A DNA stretch of 32,268 nucleotides, taken from a virus (Duplodnaviria; Caudoviricetes). The number at the start of each line of letters is the position of its first letter. Positions within the stretch are counted from its first letter, which is position 1. Shown piece after piece: positions 1 through 10,201 of this stretch. Location: IMG/VR virus record IMGVR_UViG_3300030330_000812, positions 1 to 32,268 of that record. The stretch is one strand, 5' to 3'. Both the position numbers and the translations under genes were made by a program. Below the pieces are notes generated by a model that saw only the letters and a list, made by a program, of their open reading frames with translations, made no database searches and was not told where the DNA came from.

Positions 1-1453
1 AAGGTAAACCTATAGTTACTGTATCTGTAGCACTTACTGCTACTTCTACTTCATTAGAAGTACCACTAAATGTTATTGTATTACCATCACTAATTGTTTC
101 TGATGAAGAGCCATCTGATATTGTAAAGCTGTTCATATTACCAACACCAGTACCAGTCAAGAAAGCACTTCTTGTTTGTTTCCTTAACGCACTAGCAGAA
201 TCATCATAAATAAGTATGCTATCATTATTGTCAGCAGTTCCCTCATTAGTTTGACCTGTAATAACTGTTGCATCTACAGCAAAAGTATTAGCAGATAAAC
301 TAAGTCCTGAACCTGCAACATTACCACTTGTATTTATAGATATTACAGAATCTCCACCCATACCAGAATGTGATGTACAGTAGTAATAAAGATTGTCAGC
401 AGTAGCAGCATTAACAACTATCTGTGTATATCCACCAGAAGAACCAGCAGAACCAACAACTGTTACTCCTGTTGTATATGCAGAACCACTAGCGTGTGTA
501 CCATTTTTAGTTGTAGATAATCTAAGTGGGTGTCCAGAGTTAGAACCATCTGATTGGTCAAACCTATATGTTACACCAGGTACAAGTTGTATATTTGCTG
601 ATACTTCACCATCTAAATAATATCTATTACCAGAACCTGGATTAGCTACAGTAACTGCAAATTCTACTATTGCTGTGTTGTTTTCTAAATTTAAAATTTT
701 ATTAGTAAGCGTTTGTGAATCATCTAAATCTACAAGTGTTGCATCAGATACAGCAGTATTTAATTGTGCAAGTGTTGTAGTAATTGTATTTGTACCTAAA
801 CTTATTGATTTGTTTGTAAGTGTATCGGTAGAACTTTCAGTTACAACTGTACTATCTACTGAAAAAGTAATTTTATTTGTACCTGTAGTTGTATCTATAC
901 CTGTACCACCTTCTAGGTCTAATACTTCTGAATCTAAATTTATAGCTATATTACTACCAGAATCAGCAGAAATATCTAAAGAACCATCATTTGATTGTGA
1001 ATCTACATAAGCTTTTATTGATTGTTGTGTAGCACCTTTAGTAGCACTATCTGATGACATATTATCTTCATCTAAAAATAAAGATGTATTTATAGCAGTA
1101 CCATCTTCATTAATTATGGTATCTATTCTGTCATGTACATCATTAAACATTTCTGCCATAGCAACAAAACGTACTTTTGCTCCTATTGAATGTGCATTTA
1201 ATCCACCACCAAAATTATCAATGTTTCTTGTAACTGTAAAGTTAACACCCGATTTTACAGTTACATAAACATATTCTCTAGTTGAATCACTATCTGGACT
1301 TATAACTAAATAAAATCCAGAACCAGAGCTAAAATCGTTTATTCCTCCAGGAGATGCAGCAACAGATACTGTTGTATCAGAACTGCTTGCAGATAATGCA
1401 GATATTAATGTACTTTCATATGCGTTTTGTAATTTTGTTTCTCTTGCTACCAT
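1..1453 (-). CDS. Tail fibre/spike protein, C-terminus truncated by the window edge; not in the ORF track
   Basis: ATG at 1453-1451 (MVARETKLQNAYES...), open to the window start. Ser/Thr/Gly-rich with TLTNK repeats typical of fibres. Contains GHP...YYYCTSHSGMG. Follows the tail genes. Confidence 0.85.
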   Translation of the reverse strand, partial: MVARETKLQNAYESTLISALSASSSDTTVSVAASPGGINDFSSGSGFYLVISPDSDSTREYVYVTVKSGVNFTVTRNIDNFGGGLNAHSIGAKVRFVAMAEMFNDVHDRIDTIINEDGTAINTSLFLDEDNMSSDSATKGATQQSIKAYVDSQSNDGSLDISADSGSNIAINLDSEVLDLEGGTGIDTTTGTNKITFSVDSTVVTESSTDTLTNKSISLGTNTITTTLAQLNTAVSDATLVDLDDSQTLTNKILNLENNTAIVEFAVTVANPGSGNRYYLDGEVSANIQLVPGVTYRFDQSDGSNSGHPLRLSTTKNGTHASGSAYTTGVTVVGSAGSSGGYTQIVVNAATADNLYYYCTSHSGMGGDSVISINTSGNVAGSGLSLSANTFAVDATVITGQTNEGTADNNDSILIYDDSASALRKQTRSAFLTGTGVGNMNSFTISDGSSSETISDGNTITFSGTSNEVEVAVSATDTVTIGLP

Positions 1454-1454
1454 C

Positions 1455-3440
1455 TTATCCTAAGTTACTTACTGCTAATCTACCAATACCTAATATTCTA
1501 GATATAGATGTAGTAGTAGTTTCAGCTCTTACACCTCTTACTCTTACAATACAATATTGCGTGACAGAACCTAAGTTTCCATCTTCAATAATTGGATACT
1601 GAACAGATTCTACCACACCTCTTATAGTTTCACTAGGTTCATGTAAAATTAATGTAACAGAATCACCTTCTTTTGTTTTTAATGTTTGATAAATAGTTTC
1701 TCCAAGTCCAGTAACTCTAAGTCTTTTTCTATTTGGTCTTTCTATTTGGTCAGATAAATTTATTGGTATTGATACAACTACAAGTTCTGGTCTAGGTAAT
1801 GCTCTTATAGCTATAGACCTAAACTCTGGTGAAGATGTTAAAGCTGTATTAGGTGTCAAAACAACTTTTGCATTTACGTATCTAGCATTTCTGTTTAGTT
1901 CATATTCAACACCGCCAGTACCAGAAACAGATTGACCTACTAACTCCCAGTTAGAACTATCTGGATTATCTACAGTATCATAAATTGTAGATATAAATAC
2001 GTCTATTTGTTGACCACCACCAAGTTCATTGTGTTCTACTTCAGCACCTACCCATTGTTTTTGTTCTGATGTAAAAAAATCTGCATTAGGTATGATTATA
2101 TATCCAGTAGATACAAAACTTGTTGATGATTCTTTATATATATCTTTTCCTGCACCTACAATAATAAATTGACCATTTGCTTGTGTAATACCTGTTATTT
2201 CAGAACCTGTATCAATTTCTAAATCTCTTGCTAATCCTGCAGTAGGTAAATAATATCTCCATAAATATGCTTCAGTAGATGATTCTTTTATACCCATGTA
2301 GATACTATCTCTTGTGCTAAACATAAATTTAGGAGATGCATCTATACCAGAAATTATCCATTCTTTTATTAATTGTCTATTTGCTAATACATATAAATCA
2401 TCAGCAACTGTTAACTGAGAACGATATAATCTACCAGTATTTGTTCCTATTTCTTTTGTTCCAAACAAAACAATACCTTCTGCTGCTTCAATACTATGAA
2501 CTTCTTCAAAAGGTACATGTGTTTGACCTTTTAGTGTCATTGTTCCTGATATATCTTTTATAGAATAAATATTACTATCAGTACTAGCTGCTAATACAAC
2601 AGCTCCTGCATCCACTACATCTTTTATATCATGTGTATTTTCTGATACTAATAATGCAGATGCAGTAGTTAAATCAGAACTAGACCATGTTTTACCAAAA
2701 GGTTTAACAGCCCATAGATAAGATGCACTAGAATCTTGTCCACTTATAAATAATTGATTTTTAACAAACCATACTCCAGTTAATCCACCTGCAGATGTTT
2801 GTGCAGTTGTTTCCTCTGACCAACTAGAACCATCAAATTTAATTAATTCTGAAGCTGTTGTACCATTTGCAGTTGTTAAATATAAACCATTACCAAATGC
2901 TGCTATACCTGTGAAGTTATTATTTATAGTTAAACCTGTTGATACTGCAGACCATGCAGCTCCATCATTTGTAGATACATAAATATTTGTTGTATCTGTA
3001 AGATATAAATAACCATTACTTGTTCTTGCTATATAATTGTTTGAACCAGCAAGGTCATTACCAGAACCTTTAACATTTATTTCATCAGTTGCATTTAGCA
3101 AATGAACTTTATAACTACCTTCTTCATCACCATGAAATACATCAACACCTTTAGAATCAAAAAATCTTGTAATATCATCTTCAGTACCATTTCTTTTATG
3201 TGCTGTATCAAGGCCTTCTCCACCACTAAAATTACTTCTTGAAAATATCTGACCAACGTTTGTAGTAATATCTTCTGGATTTACTGCAAGATTTATACTT
3301 TGTTGTGGAAATTCAGCTGATTGTATTTGTAATACTCTATCAGGACCTGTAGCTGTACGTAACAATAAATCATCTAATTGTACGTTATAACCTTTTCTTT
3401 TAGAGAAATCTACTTCTGATGCTAATGGTACTCTTGCCAT
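1455..3440 (-). CDS. Tail tubular protein B/nozzle-like beta-propeller virion protein (661 aa)
   Basis: Beta-rich repeats including an Asp-box-like STNDGAAW. Size and position after the adaptor match T7 gp12/P22 gp10-type proteins (inference). Confidence 0.65.
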   Translation of the reverse strand: MARVPLASEVDFSKRKGYNVQLDDLLLRTATGPDRVLQIQSAEFPQQSINLAVNPEDITTNVGQIFSRSNFSGGEGLDTAHKRNGTEDDITRFFDSKGVDVFHGDEEGSYKVHLLNATDEINVKGSGNDLAGSNNYIARTSNGYLYLTDTTNIYVSTNDGAAWSAVSTGLTINNNFTGIAAFGNGLYLTTANGTTASELIKFDGSSWSEETTAQTSAGGLTGVWFVKNQLFISGQDSSASYLWAVKPFGKTWSSSDLTTASALLVSENTHDIKDVVDAGAVVLAASTDSNIYSIKDISGTMTLKGQTHVPFEEVHSIEAAEGIVLFGTKEIGTNTGRLYRSQLTVADDLYVLANRQLIKEWIISGIDASPKFMFSTRDSIYMGIKESSTEAYLWRYYLPTAGLARDLEIDTGSEITGITQANGQFIIVGAGKDIYKESSTSFVSTGYIIIPNADFFTSEQKQWVGAEVEHNELGGGQQIDVFISTIYDTVDNPDSSNWELVGQSVSGTGGVEYELNRNARYVNAKVVLTPNTALTSSPEFRSIAIRALPRPELVVVSIPINLSDQIERPNRKRLRVTGLGETIYQTLKTKEGDSVTLILHEPSETIRGVVESVQYPIIEDGNLGSVTQYCIVRVRGVRAETTTTSISRILGIGRLAVSNLG

Positions 3441-4456
3441 TATATGCCTGGATTATGTGTGCCATTTATTGATACAGATTCAGGATATCTTGCTCTTAAA
3501 TTCTTACGTGCTTGATTAATTAATATTTGTTGATATTGCAATAAAGAGTTTCTTATACTTGTAGAAGAACCTACAGGATAAACTGCAGCCTGTAATGATT
3601 CTGTAATATAATTCTGTGTTACCATAGGTAAATCTCTTCCAGAAATTATCTGTGCAGCAACACCTGCCATAATTATTGGCTCATATTCTGTTTCTATTCC
3701 AATACCAGCTAAAGTAGAAGACTCACTTGTAGGTGCAATAAATTTCTTTTTAAATGTTACATAAACTGTATGACCTGAAGATATATTATAAAATTGTAAA
3801 GCATTTACTACTGATGGTCCTTCTGTATATCTTTTAGTTCTAGATACACCATCTGAGTCAGTAAATGTAAATGGATTAGGTAACTGTACTATTTGTGTAG
3901 ATACTGGACTAAATATTGTACCTGTTGAATCTGAACCTGTAGAAAAATCTGTATATTGTGATATAGCTTTTAAAGGATTTACTAAATAATTATTTGTATC
4001 AACATCTTGACCATGTGTTCCAATCAATACATATCCTGTATCTGCTGTTGCTGTTATTGTTTCTACTGCAAATAAAGTAGGATATAAATTTTCTACTTGG
4101 TCTGATATGGCATCAAATACTACTTTTCTAGGAAATGGTGGATTAATTTTTAATGTATCACCTGTAGAATGTGCAGCAATAGTAGTGCCACGTGCGGCTC
4201 TTTTTACTGTTATTTGTGAAGCTGTTGTATTTAAAGAAGATACTAACATTATTTCATTATTAATTTCTAAAAATGCACCAGTACCTAACGCATCTTCTTC
4301 TTCAGAAGTTAAATACGTTGCATCATAATCTATAATTGTATCTGATGTTGAATCAGTCAATGCGTCTTTTAAAACAGTAAAAGATACTACATCATCATTA
4401 GGTTCTAAATATTCTCTAAAAACCCTGTCTATTAGGTTGCCTACAGTTGTGCTCAT
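3440..4456 (-). CDS. Head-tail adaptor/tail tubular protein A-like (338 aa)
   Basis: MSTTVGNLIDRV N-terminal helix and helical C-terminus typical of adaptors. Inserted beta domain with VKRAARGTTIAAH motif. Lies after the capsid genes. Confidence 0.6.
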   Translation of the reverse strand: MSTTVGNLIDRVFREYLEPNDDVVSFTVLKDALTDSTSDTIIDYDATYLTSEEEDALGTGAFLEINNEIMLVSSLNTTASQITVKRAARGTTIAAHSTGDTLKINPPFPRKVVFDAISDQVENLYPTLFAVETITATADTGYVLIGTHGQDVDTNNYLVNPLKAISQYTDFSTGSDSTGTIFSPVSTQIVQLPNPFTFTDSDGVSRTKRYTEGPSVVNALQFYNISSGHTVYVTFKKKFIAPTSESSTLAGIGIETEYEPIIMAGVAAQIISGRDLPMVTQNYITESLQAAVYPVGSSTSIRNSLLQYQQILINQARKNLRARYPESVSINGTHNPGI

Positions 4457-4463
4457 AGTAAAC

Positions 4464-4796
4464 CTATAAACTAACTAATATTAAATCTATTTTTCTTTCA
4501 GCACCTTCAGAACTAGCAGATACTAATTTAACGTATCCACCTACTGAATAAGCATGTGTATATGGGTCTAATACAGTCCAATCATCAACTGATTTACTAA
4601 ATGTTAATGCACCAGCTGCAGATGTTTTTACATCATAAAAGTTTGTGCCATCAAGACTAAATTGTACAGAAACTGTTGAACCTGTAAATGCTGCAGGAAA
4701 TTTAATACCTGCTATTGCTAATCCTAATGTATCTACTACATCTGATGTTGTTTCACCACTTGCTATTGTTGCTGTTTTTGCTATTGCTTTACTCAT
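4464..4796 (-). CDS. Small all-beta virion protein, possible capsid decoration protein (110 aa)
   Basis: Directly downstream of the MCP, with a beta-strand pattern and AGGA SD. Confidence 0.5.
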   Translation of the reverse strand: MSKAIAKTATIASGETTSDVVDTLGLAIAGIKFPAAFTGSTVSVQFSLDGTNFYDVKTSAAGALTFSKSVDDWTVLDPYTHAYSVGGYVKLVSASSEGAERKIDLILVSL

Positions 4797-4810
4797 ATTT
4801 TCCTAACTAT

Positions 4811-4855
4811 AGCAGAACTTTGAGGAGGTATTGCTACTCCCCCAAAGTTTCTGCT
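4811..4855 (-). terminator. Long imperfect hairpin after the major capsid gene (mRNA stabiliser or weak terminator)
   Basis: Minus-strand RNA AGCAGAAACUUUGGGGGAGUA-GCAA-UACCUCCUCAAAGUUCUGCU has a GNRA loop. No U-tract follows. Confidence 0.6.
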
Positions 4856-4868
4856 AAATATTTACCTA

Positions 4869-5996
4869 TTAAGCAACATCATTAATCATACAGTGGTATG
4901 AAGGAGGACCGAAGTCGTATCCCATTTCCATGTAGATTGCTTTTGCTACTCTTGCGTGGTCATCTTGGTCAATGTCACGTACGAACACAGTTCCAAATCC
5001 TGGGATATTGGTAAATACTGGTTGTACGAATGCAAAGTCAACAATAAATGCTTTGTTGGCTGGCATTATGTTAGGGTCAATGACCATCATTCCAATTGAA
5101 CCAAATGGTGTTACAACTGTATCAATGTCTATACCAGCAACATTTCTATCACGTGGTAAGACAGCAGCAGTTAATGCTCCTGAAATAGCTCCATCAACTG
5201 TTAGTTCTTTGTTAAGGTCTAACAATTGTTGTGGACTAACTAAAAGTACAGGATTTTGCATAGGTGCAGAAGCATCATAAAGCCTCTTTAAAGCACCAGC
5301 AATTGTATCATAATGTAATTTTTGGTCAGTTCCAGAACCATCACCTGATGTATCGTTATAGTAAATGTTACCATTGATACCACCAGCTGCAGCTGAGTTG
5401 TTTGCATTAGCATTAAGAGCTAAGTATTCTGCAAGACCACGCATTTCTCTAGTTCCTGAACCAGGAGTAGTATTTGCACCGTCTGCGAATGTTCCGTTAA
5501 ATGCGAACCATTCTACTTCTCTTGCTACTTTTTCCATTGCTAATGCCATTTGCTCTGCAAATTCATCAACAATAGGATTACCATCACTAAAAGCTAGTTT
5601 ATCACCAGCTGTAGTTGTTCCATCACCATCAGATGAGTTTGCAATATTTGCAGACAAATCAAATGGATTTTGATTTCCATATGACGCCATAGCTGTGTAA
5701 GTCATCTTGACACCTTTGTGAAATACCTGCGTAGTTCCTGTAAATGCAACTCTGTCTCTACCTAAATATTCAGTAGGTTGTGCACCTTCTTGACCTTTTG
5801 TAGGCTCAGAAGAAACAGTTGCGTTATCAGCAGCTTGGATTTGGAAAAAAGTAGAGTTAATTACTTTACCTCCATTTAATCCACCTGTTGCAGATAAGAA
5901 AGGTGTTCTTTGACCACCAACACGGAATAGCTCCCCAGAAAAGTTATTAATATTCTGGGCATAAATTGAGTTATTGGTAAGCGAAATTGCTCCCAT
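4869..5996 (-). CDS. Major capsid protein, SU10/DUF5309-like, HK97 fold (375 aa)
   Basis: TPFLS, TQVFHKGV, REVEWFAFNG, REMRGL and TPFG motifs resemble this MCP family. Strong GGAGG SD. Follows the scaffold-like gene. Confidence 0.88.
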   Translation of the reverse strand: MGAISLTNNSIYAQNINNFSGELFRVGGQRTPFLSATGGLNGGKVINSTFFQIQAADNATVSSEPTKGQEGAQPTEYLGRDRVAFTGTTQVFHKGVKMTYTAMASYGNQNPFDLSANIANSSDGDGTTTAGDKLAFSDGNPIVDEFAEQMALAMEKVAREVEWFAFNGTFADGANTTPGSGTREMRGLAEYLALNANANNSAAAGGINGNIYYNDTSGDGSGTDQKLHYDTIAGALKRLYDASAPMQNPVLLVSPQQLLDLNKELTVDGAISGALTAAVLPRDRNVAGIDIDTVVTPFGSIGMMVIDPNIMPANKAFIVDFAFVQPVFTNIPGFGTVFVRDIDQDDHARVAKAIYMEMGYDFGPPSYHCMINDVA

Positions 5997-6029
5997 AATC
6001 TACCTCCGTTATTATCTTGTATTAAATTA

Positions 6030-6497
6030 TTACTTTTTTTCTTCTTGGTCGAGTAATGATAACTTTGCTCTGATACTTGCTTTTGGGTCTCCGCTTGCAA
6101 CTATCTTTTGCAGTTGGTCCATTACATCGGTTGGCACTTCTGATTGTGAATTTGCATCAAGTGCAGCTACTCTAGCTCTAGCATCATCTTGAATTACAGG
6201 TTCTTGTTCAGGTTGTGGTGTATCCTCAACAACTCCTTTTGGCTCAAAACCATACTCATCTTTAGCAAACTTAGCGATAGACTCTTTTTCAATTGGTCCA
6301 TCATACACTTGTTTCAACGCCTTACCGAAACCTTTTTGAACATCAAGACCGACTTCCTCAAAAACTTGATTAAGTTCTTTCTCTTGATAAGAAGCAAGTT
6401 TAGCTTCAAGCTCTTTAACTTCTTTATCTTTACGTTCGATAGTTTCTCTCATTTGTTTTGCACCTGAAGATTCAGTTGCATCAAATTCATTTTCCAT
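6030..6497 (-). CDS. Capsid scaffolding protein (155 aa)
   Basis: Acidic, N-terminal coiled coil, immediately upstream of the MCP, GGAGG SD. Confidence 0.75.
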   Translation of the reverse strand: MENEFDATESSGAKQMRETIERKDKEVKELEAKLASYQEKELNQVFEEVGLDVQKGFGKALKQVYDGPIEKESIAKFAKDEYGFEPKGVVEDTPQPEQEPVIQDDARARVAALDANSQSEVPTDVMDQLQKIVASGDPKASIRAKLSLLDQEEKK

Positions 6498-6509
6498 TTA
6501 GTACCTCCT

Positions 6510-6690
6510 CTATGTGTTTACCAATCAGACAAGACCATAGGCATCTTGCCGCGGTGCTACCTTACCACTTGACTTATACTCTGGTAGCTTAAAGCTATAA
6601 GTCCATTACTCTACGTATTTAATACAAGCTTCCAACGTAGGCCTGAAAGCCGATTTGTAAGTCTATTTAGGCGGACTTAGCAACGCACAA
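6510..6690 (-). ncRNA. Candidate structured 5' leader/ncRNA of the scaffold-capsid transcript
   Basis: Four stems: 6658-63/6674-79, 6611-16/6635-40, 6571-78/6596-6603, 6528-34/6544-50. Loop-flank complementarities suggest pseudoknots. Lies downstream of a TATAAT box. Confidence 0.55.
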
Positions 6691-6694
6691 AACT

Positions 6695-6722
6695 ATTATA
6701 CACTATCTTTCGGTTAATCCAA
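6695..6722 (-). promoter_or_regulatory. Putative sigma70-type promoter for the scaffold/capsid genes
   Basis: Perfect TATAAT at 6700-6695 with a weak TTGGAT 16 nt upstream. Confidence 0.5.
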
Positions 6723-7728
6723 TAACCCTGTCACCTTTTTGTCTAGAGCCAGTAATAAAAGAACTTTCTGATTGTAATTCATCTGCAGCTCTAGCTATTT
6801 CTTTTCTTGATTCTATATCTCCAATAGCTGCATCTTCTAATGCTGCAAGGTCTATTTGTCTACCTACTCCTCTAGCAGATGACATAATATCTTGTGCAGA
6901 TTCATATAAACTTGATGCTTCTTGAACATTTAAACCTTGTTTACGTAATTCATCAAATCTAGCAAATGTAGTACTAAAACCTCTAGATGATGCCTGTGCT
7001 TGTAATTGTAATGTAGCTATATCTCCTGCTAAAACTTTATCTTGTATATCTGGATTAATTAAAGCACCAAAAATAGTAGGTGCATCTAGACTAATATTAA
7101 ATCTATCTCTAAACAATCTTTCTACTTCTGGTATTTGATTAGAGACACCTTCGTAAACAGTATCAATTCTTTGTTGAAATTCTAATCCTGATACTTCATT
7201 TGCTATTAAATTTTCAAATTGTTTTTCAAATGCATTAAAATCAGTAATTCCTACTTCAGCTAATGTGCTTTTATAAGTTGCTATAGTTGCTAATGCATCT
7301 ATCTCAGACATAATTAATGTACCATCAGTTCTTTGCAAATATCCAAACTCTTGCTTCCAGGTATTAGATTTACGAACTGCACCCATAGCAATGTTAGCAT
7401 CTCCGTATTTAGCCCATGATTGTGCAAATGTTTCTAGTAAATTAGGAGATAAAAAAGAATATAAAGCACTTGCTTTTTCTAAACCTTTTTGATATCCAAA
7501 ATCAACATTTGGAGCAGCTGTACTTGATGAGTCTGCATAAAAATCTGCACTATCAGTACCTGTAAATATAGAACCACCAGGGTCTGCTCTACCAACATCA
7601 GCTTCTGCAGGGTTACGAGAATATCCTACTGCTTCAAGTTCTCTAGCACGTTCTTCTGATACTTCGTAATAGTTTTGACCATCTGTTCCCTGTCCAAAAC
7701 CTAAATCTTTACGATAAACTCTAACCAT
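6703..7728 (-). CDS. Probable internal virion/ejection protein (341 aa)
   Basis: Alpha-helical and acidic, translationally coupled within the block between portal and scaffold. Confidence 0.5.
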   Translation of the reverse strand: MVRVYRKDLGFGQGTDGQNYYEVSEERARELEAVGYSRNPAEADVGRADPGGSIFTGTDSADFYADSSSTAAPNVDFGYQKGLEKASALYSFLSPNLLETFAQSWAKYGDANIAMGAVRKSNTWKQEFGYLQRTDGTLIMSEIDALATIATYKSTLAEVGITDFNAFEKQFENLIANEVSGLEFQQRIDTVYEGVSNQIPEVERLFRDRFNISLDAPTIFGALINPDIQDKVLAGDIATLQLQAQASSRGFSTTFARFDELRKQGLNVQEASSLYESAQDIMSSARGVGRQIDLAALEDAAIGDIESRKEIARAADELQSESSFITGSRQKGDRVIGLTER

Positions 7729-8954
7729 TATCCCTCCACATATTGTGTAGCTTGTATTATACCTGTGCCAAATTGAGACATCATAGCTTGATTTAACTCA
7801 TTTACTACTTTAGGTATATCTCTATTCAATCCTTCTTGTCTTAAATATCCATTTTCTGTAGATGTATCATTTTGTCTTATTATATAATCTAATGCTTCAT
7901 CACTATCATCAACTTCTATACCCCAAATATTCTTAATAGCTTGTTTTTTAGCTAATAAAATGTTCTGCCAGGGTATATCTATATCGTACATTTGATAGGT
8001 TGCAAACCTTTTTTCTTTTAAATCTTTAATAAATTGCTGCTCATAGTTACCAATATTACGTAATTTACCTGCTTCCTCAGAAATATTTATTGTTCCATGT
8101 TGTGATTTAGGTAAATATTTATTTAAAAGTTCTTGCACTTTATCTTCGTTAGTTGTTACCTGTGTTACAGATTTACCATCTAAAACACTTAATAATCCTG
8201 TATCTATTTTATAAGGTGAAAAATCATCTAATACTGCATTAATTTGATTTACAGTTTTTGTTTGTGTCCAAAGGCCATTAGCCCATTGTCTAGCCATGTA
8301 TTTAACAGCTTCAACAGGCACTTCTCCACCATTTCTTTGAATAGTAGCATTTATAATATCAATGTAATCTAAATAGTTACGTTCGTATTGTAATGGGTCT
8401 GTTCGTTTTATATCATAAGAATCTATTTGTGATTGAGTAAAACCTAAACTAGATATAATTTGACCATAAGCATCACTATTTTTAAAATTTTCATATGCTA
8501 CTGCAACATTACCATCAGCTAATAAAACATATTTATTTAATTCATCAACATATCTTTTACTATTCCACCATGGTGCATCGCTTTTAAGACTTGCAACAGA
8601 CTCTTCAAAACCAACAATTATATCTGCTGCATCATTATCTATAAATAAATCAATATTACTAATGTTTCTAGGAATACTGATTAATCTATCATTTTTATAA
8701 AAACCACTTAAAAATTCTTGATTATTAGTTTTTACCAAGATACCTTGACTTTCCATATCATCTCTTGCTTCTTTTTCAGTTATTTTTATATCTTGTGAAA
8801 AACCAGGAAAGTTAGTTAAATCAGATAATTTTGCACTTTCAGGTGTATCAAAAACATAGATAGCATCACCAGCATCTACAATTATCTTATATTCTTTTGT
8901 ATCTTCTATATATATAATTCCAGAACCATCTGGACCTTTTATTTCATATCTCAT
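7728..8954 (-). CDS. Probable internal virion/ejection protein (408 aa)
   Basis: Long ORF with TAATG coupling on both sides, mostly helical. Function inferred from position. Confidence 0.5.
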   Translation of the reverse strand: MRYEIKGPDGSGIIYIEDTKEYKIIVDAGDAIYVFDTPESAKLSDLTNFPGFSQDIKITEKEARDDMESQGILVKTNNQEFLSGFYKNDRLISIPRNISNIDLFIDNDAADIIVGFEESVASLKSDAPWWNSKRYVDELNKYVLLADGNVAVAYENFKNSDAYGQIISSLGFTQSQIDSYDIKRTDPLQYERNYLDYIDIINATIQRNGGEVPVEAVKYMARQWANGLWTQTKTVNQINAVLDDFSPYKIDTGLLSVLDGKSVTQVTTNEDKVQELLNKYLPKSQHGTINISEEAGKLRNIGNYEQQFIKDLKEKRFATYQMYDIDIPWQNILLAKKQAIKNIWGIEVDDSDEALDYIIRQNDTSTENGYLRQEGLNRDIPKVVNELNQAMMSQFGTGIIQATQYVEG

Positions 8955-9064
8955 TAAAAACTATCCATCATAAATTTAATACCTGCATAAGATTTTTTAA
9001 CTACTTCTTTATATTTTAATTTTTCAGGTTCAACAACCTCTTCTTTTTTTTCTTCTTCAGCCAT
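8954..9064 (-). CDS. Small hypothetical protein (36 aa, MAEEEKKEEVVEPEK...); not in the ORF track
   Basis: Fills the gap exactly, with TAATG overlaps at both ends and GGAGG upstream. Confidence 0.7.
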   Translation of the reverse strand: MAEEEKKEEVVEPEKLKYKEVVKKSYAGIKFMMDSF

Positions 9065-10200
9065 TATGTACCTCCAAACATAATCTGTAATAATTGATTT
9101 TGATAAGATTTCTTACGTTCTCCTGCTTCAAACTCATCTATTTCTGATTCAAAAGCTGTTTCGAAGTTTTCATCAAATATACCTGCTTGTGTTCTTCCAC
9201 TACGAAATTGTGATAAATCTAAATTTGTATTTGACATTGAGTCTTGTGGAACTAAACCTTGTGCATATGCTTGGTCATCAAACGCTGCTAGTGCTGCTTC
9301 TGACTCCGCAAAAGCTGTTGAATAACTTTTTGCAAGATTAGTAGACCAAGTATCTAATTCTTGAGTGGTAGGTTTTCTACCTAATTTTGCATAGAAATAT
9401 GCTTCTGTAAAATCTTCTAGTTCTGAATCAGCAGGAGGTATAAAACTTCTTGCTCTATTTTTAGCATTTTGACTTTCTTCAAATTTTTTTTCAGCTTCAT
9501 CAATACGTATAAACTCTTTTAAACCATAATTAAATAAATTTCTTTCAAAACTTAAATCTTGATTATCTTGTTGTACAGATGAAAAATATACAGGAGTTTC
9601 TTTTCTAATATCTGCAACTACATCAGGAGTTAAATTTATATTTCCATCAATAAAATTCATAACATCAACTATTGCAGTTCTTAATTTTTCGCTATATTGA
9701 CCTTCAGTTCCTGCAAAATATCCTTTTGGAAATACTCCTGATTGTATTAAATAATCTTGAAATTGTTTTATTTCATTAGGAGTTGCAAGCCTAGAAATTA
9801 TATCGTCTGTAGATACGCCAAAATATGATTCATCAGGTGCTAATTTACCTGTATCTGGTTGTAATCTTAAACCAACACCATCACCACCAAGTGATGCTAA
9901 GTCTTGTGCTAATTGCTCTATATCTCCTGATATACCTAAATCTTGTGCTACTTTTATTATATAGTCTTCAGTTTGTGATTTAGGTGCATCATCCTCTTCA
10001 ACATTTAAAGGTGCTACAAATATATCAGAAAATGTTGCAAAATCTTGGTCACTTATAGCATCTTTAAGTCTTTGTTTTCTATCATCATCAAAAAATTGTG
10101 TTGGTAAATTATTGACTACTGTAACAACATTAAAATCACCTGTAAGCTCAATACCTAGTTGTGATGCATATTTTCTAATTAAATCTTTATATTGCTCCAT
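9064..10200 (-). CDS. Probable internal virion/ejection protein (378 aa)
   Basis: Acidic helical protein after the giant virion gene. The segment EIKQFQDYLIQSG...GQYSEKLRTA loosely resembles a peptidoglycan-binding helix bundle. Confidence 0.5.
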   Translation of the reverse strand: MEQYKDLIRKYASQLGIELTGDFNVVTVVNNLPTQFFDDDRKQRLKDAISDQDFATFSDIFVAPLNVEEDDAPKSQTEDYIIKVAQDLGISGDIEQLAQDLASLGGDGVGLRLQPDTGKLAPDESYFGVSTDDIISRLATPNEIKQFQDYLIQSGVFPKGYFAGTEGQYSEKLRTAIVDVMNFIDGNINLTPDVVADIRKETPVYFSSVQQDNQDLSFERNLFNYGLKEFIRIDEAEKKFEESQNAKNRARSFIPPADSELEDFTEAYFYAKLGRKPTTQELDTWSTNLAKSYSTAFAESEAALAAFDDQAYAQGLVPQDSMSNTNLDLSQFRSGRTQAGIFDENFETAFESEIDEFEAGERKKSYQNQLLQIMFGGT

Positions 10201-10201
10201 T

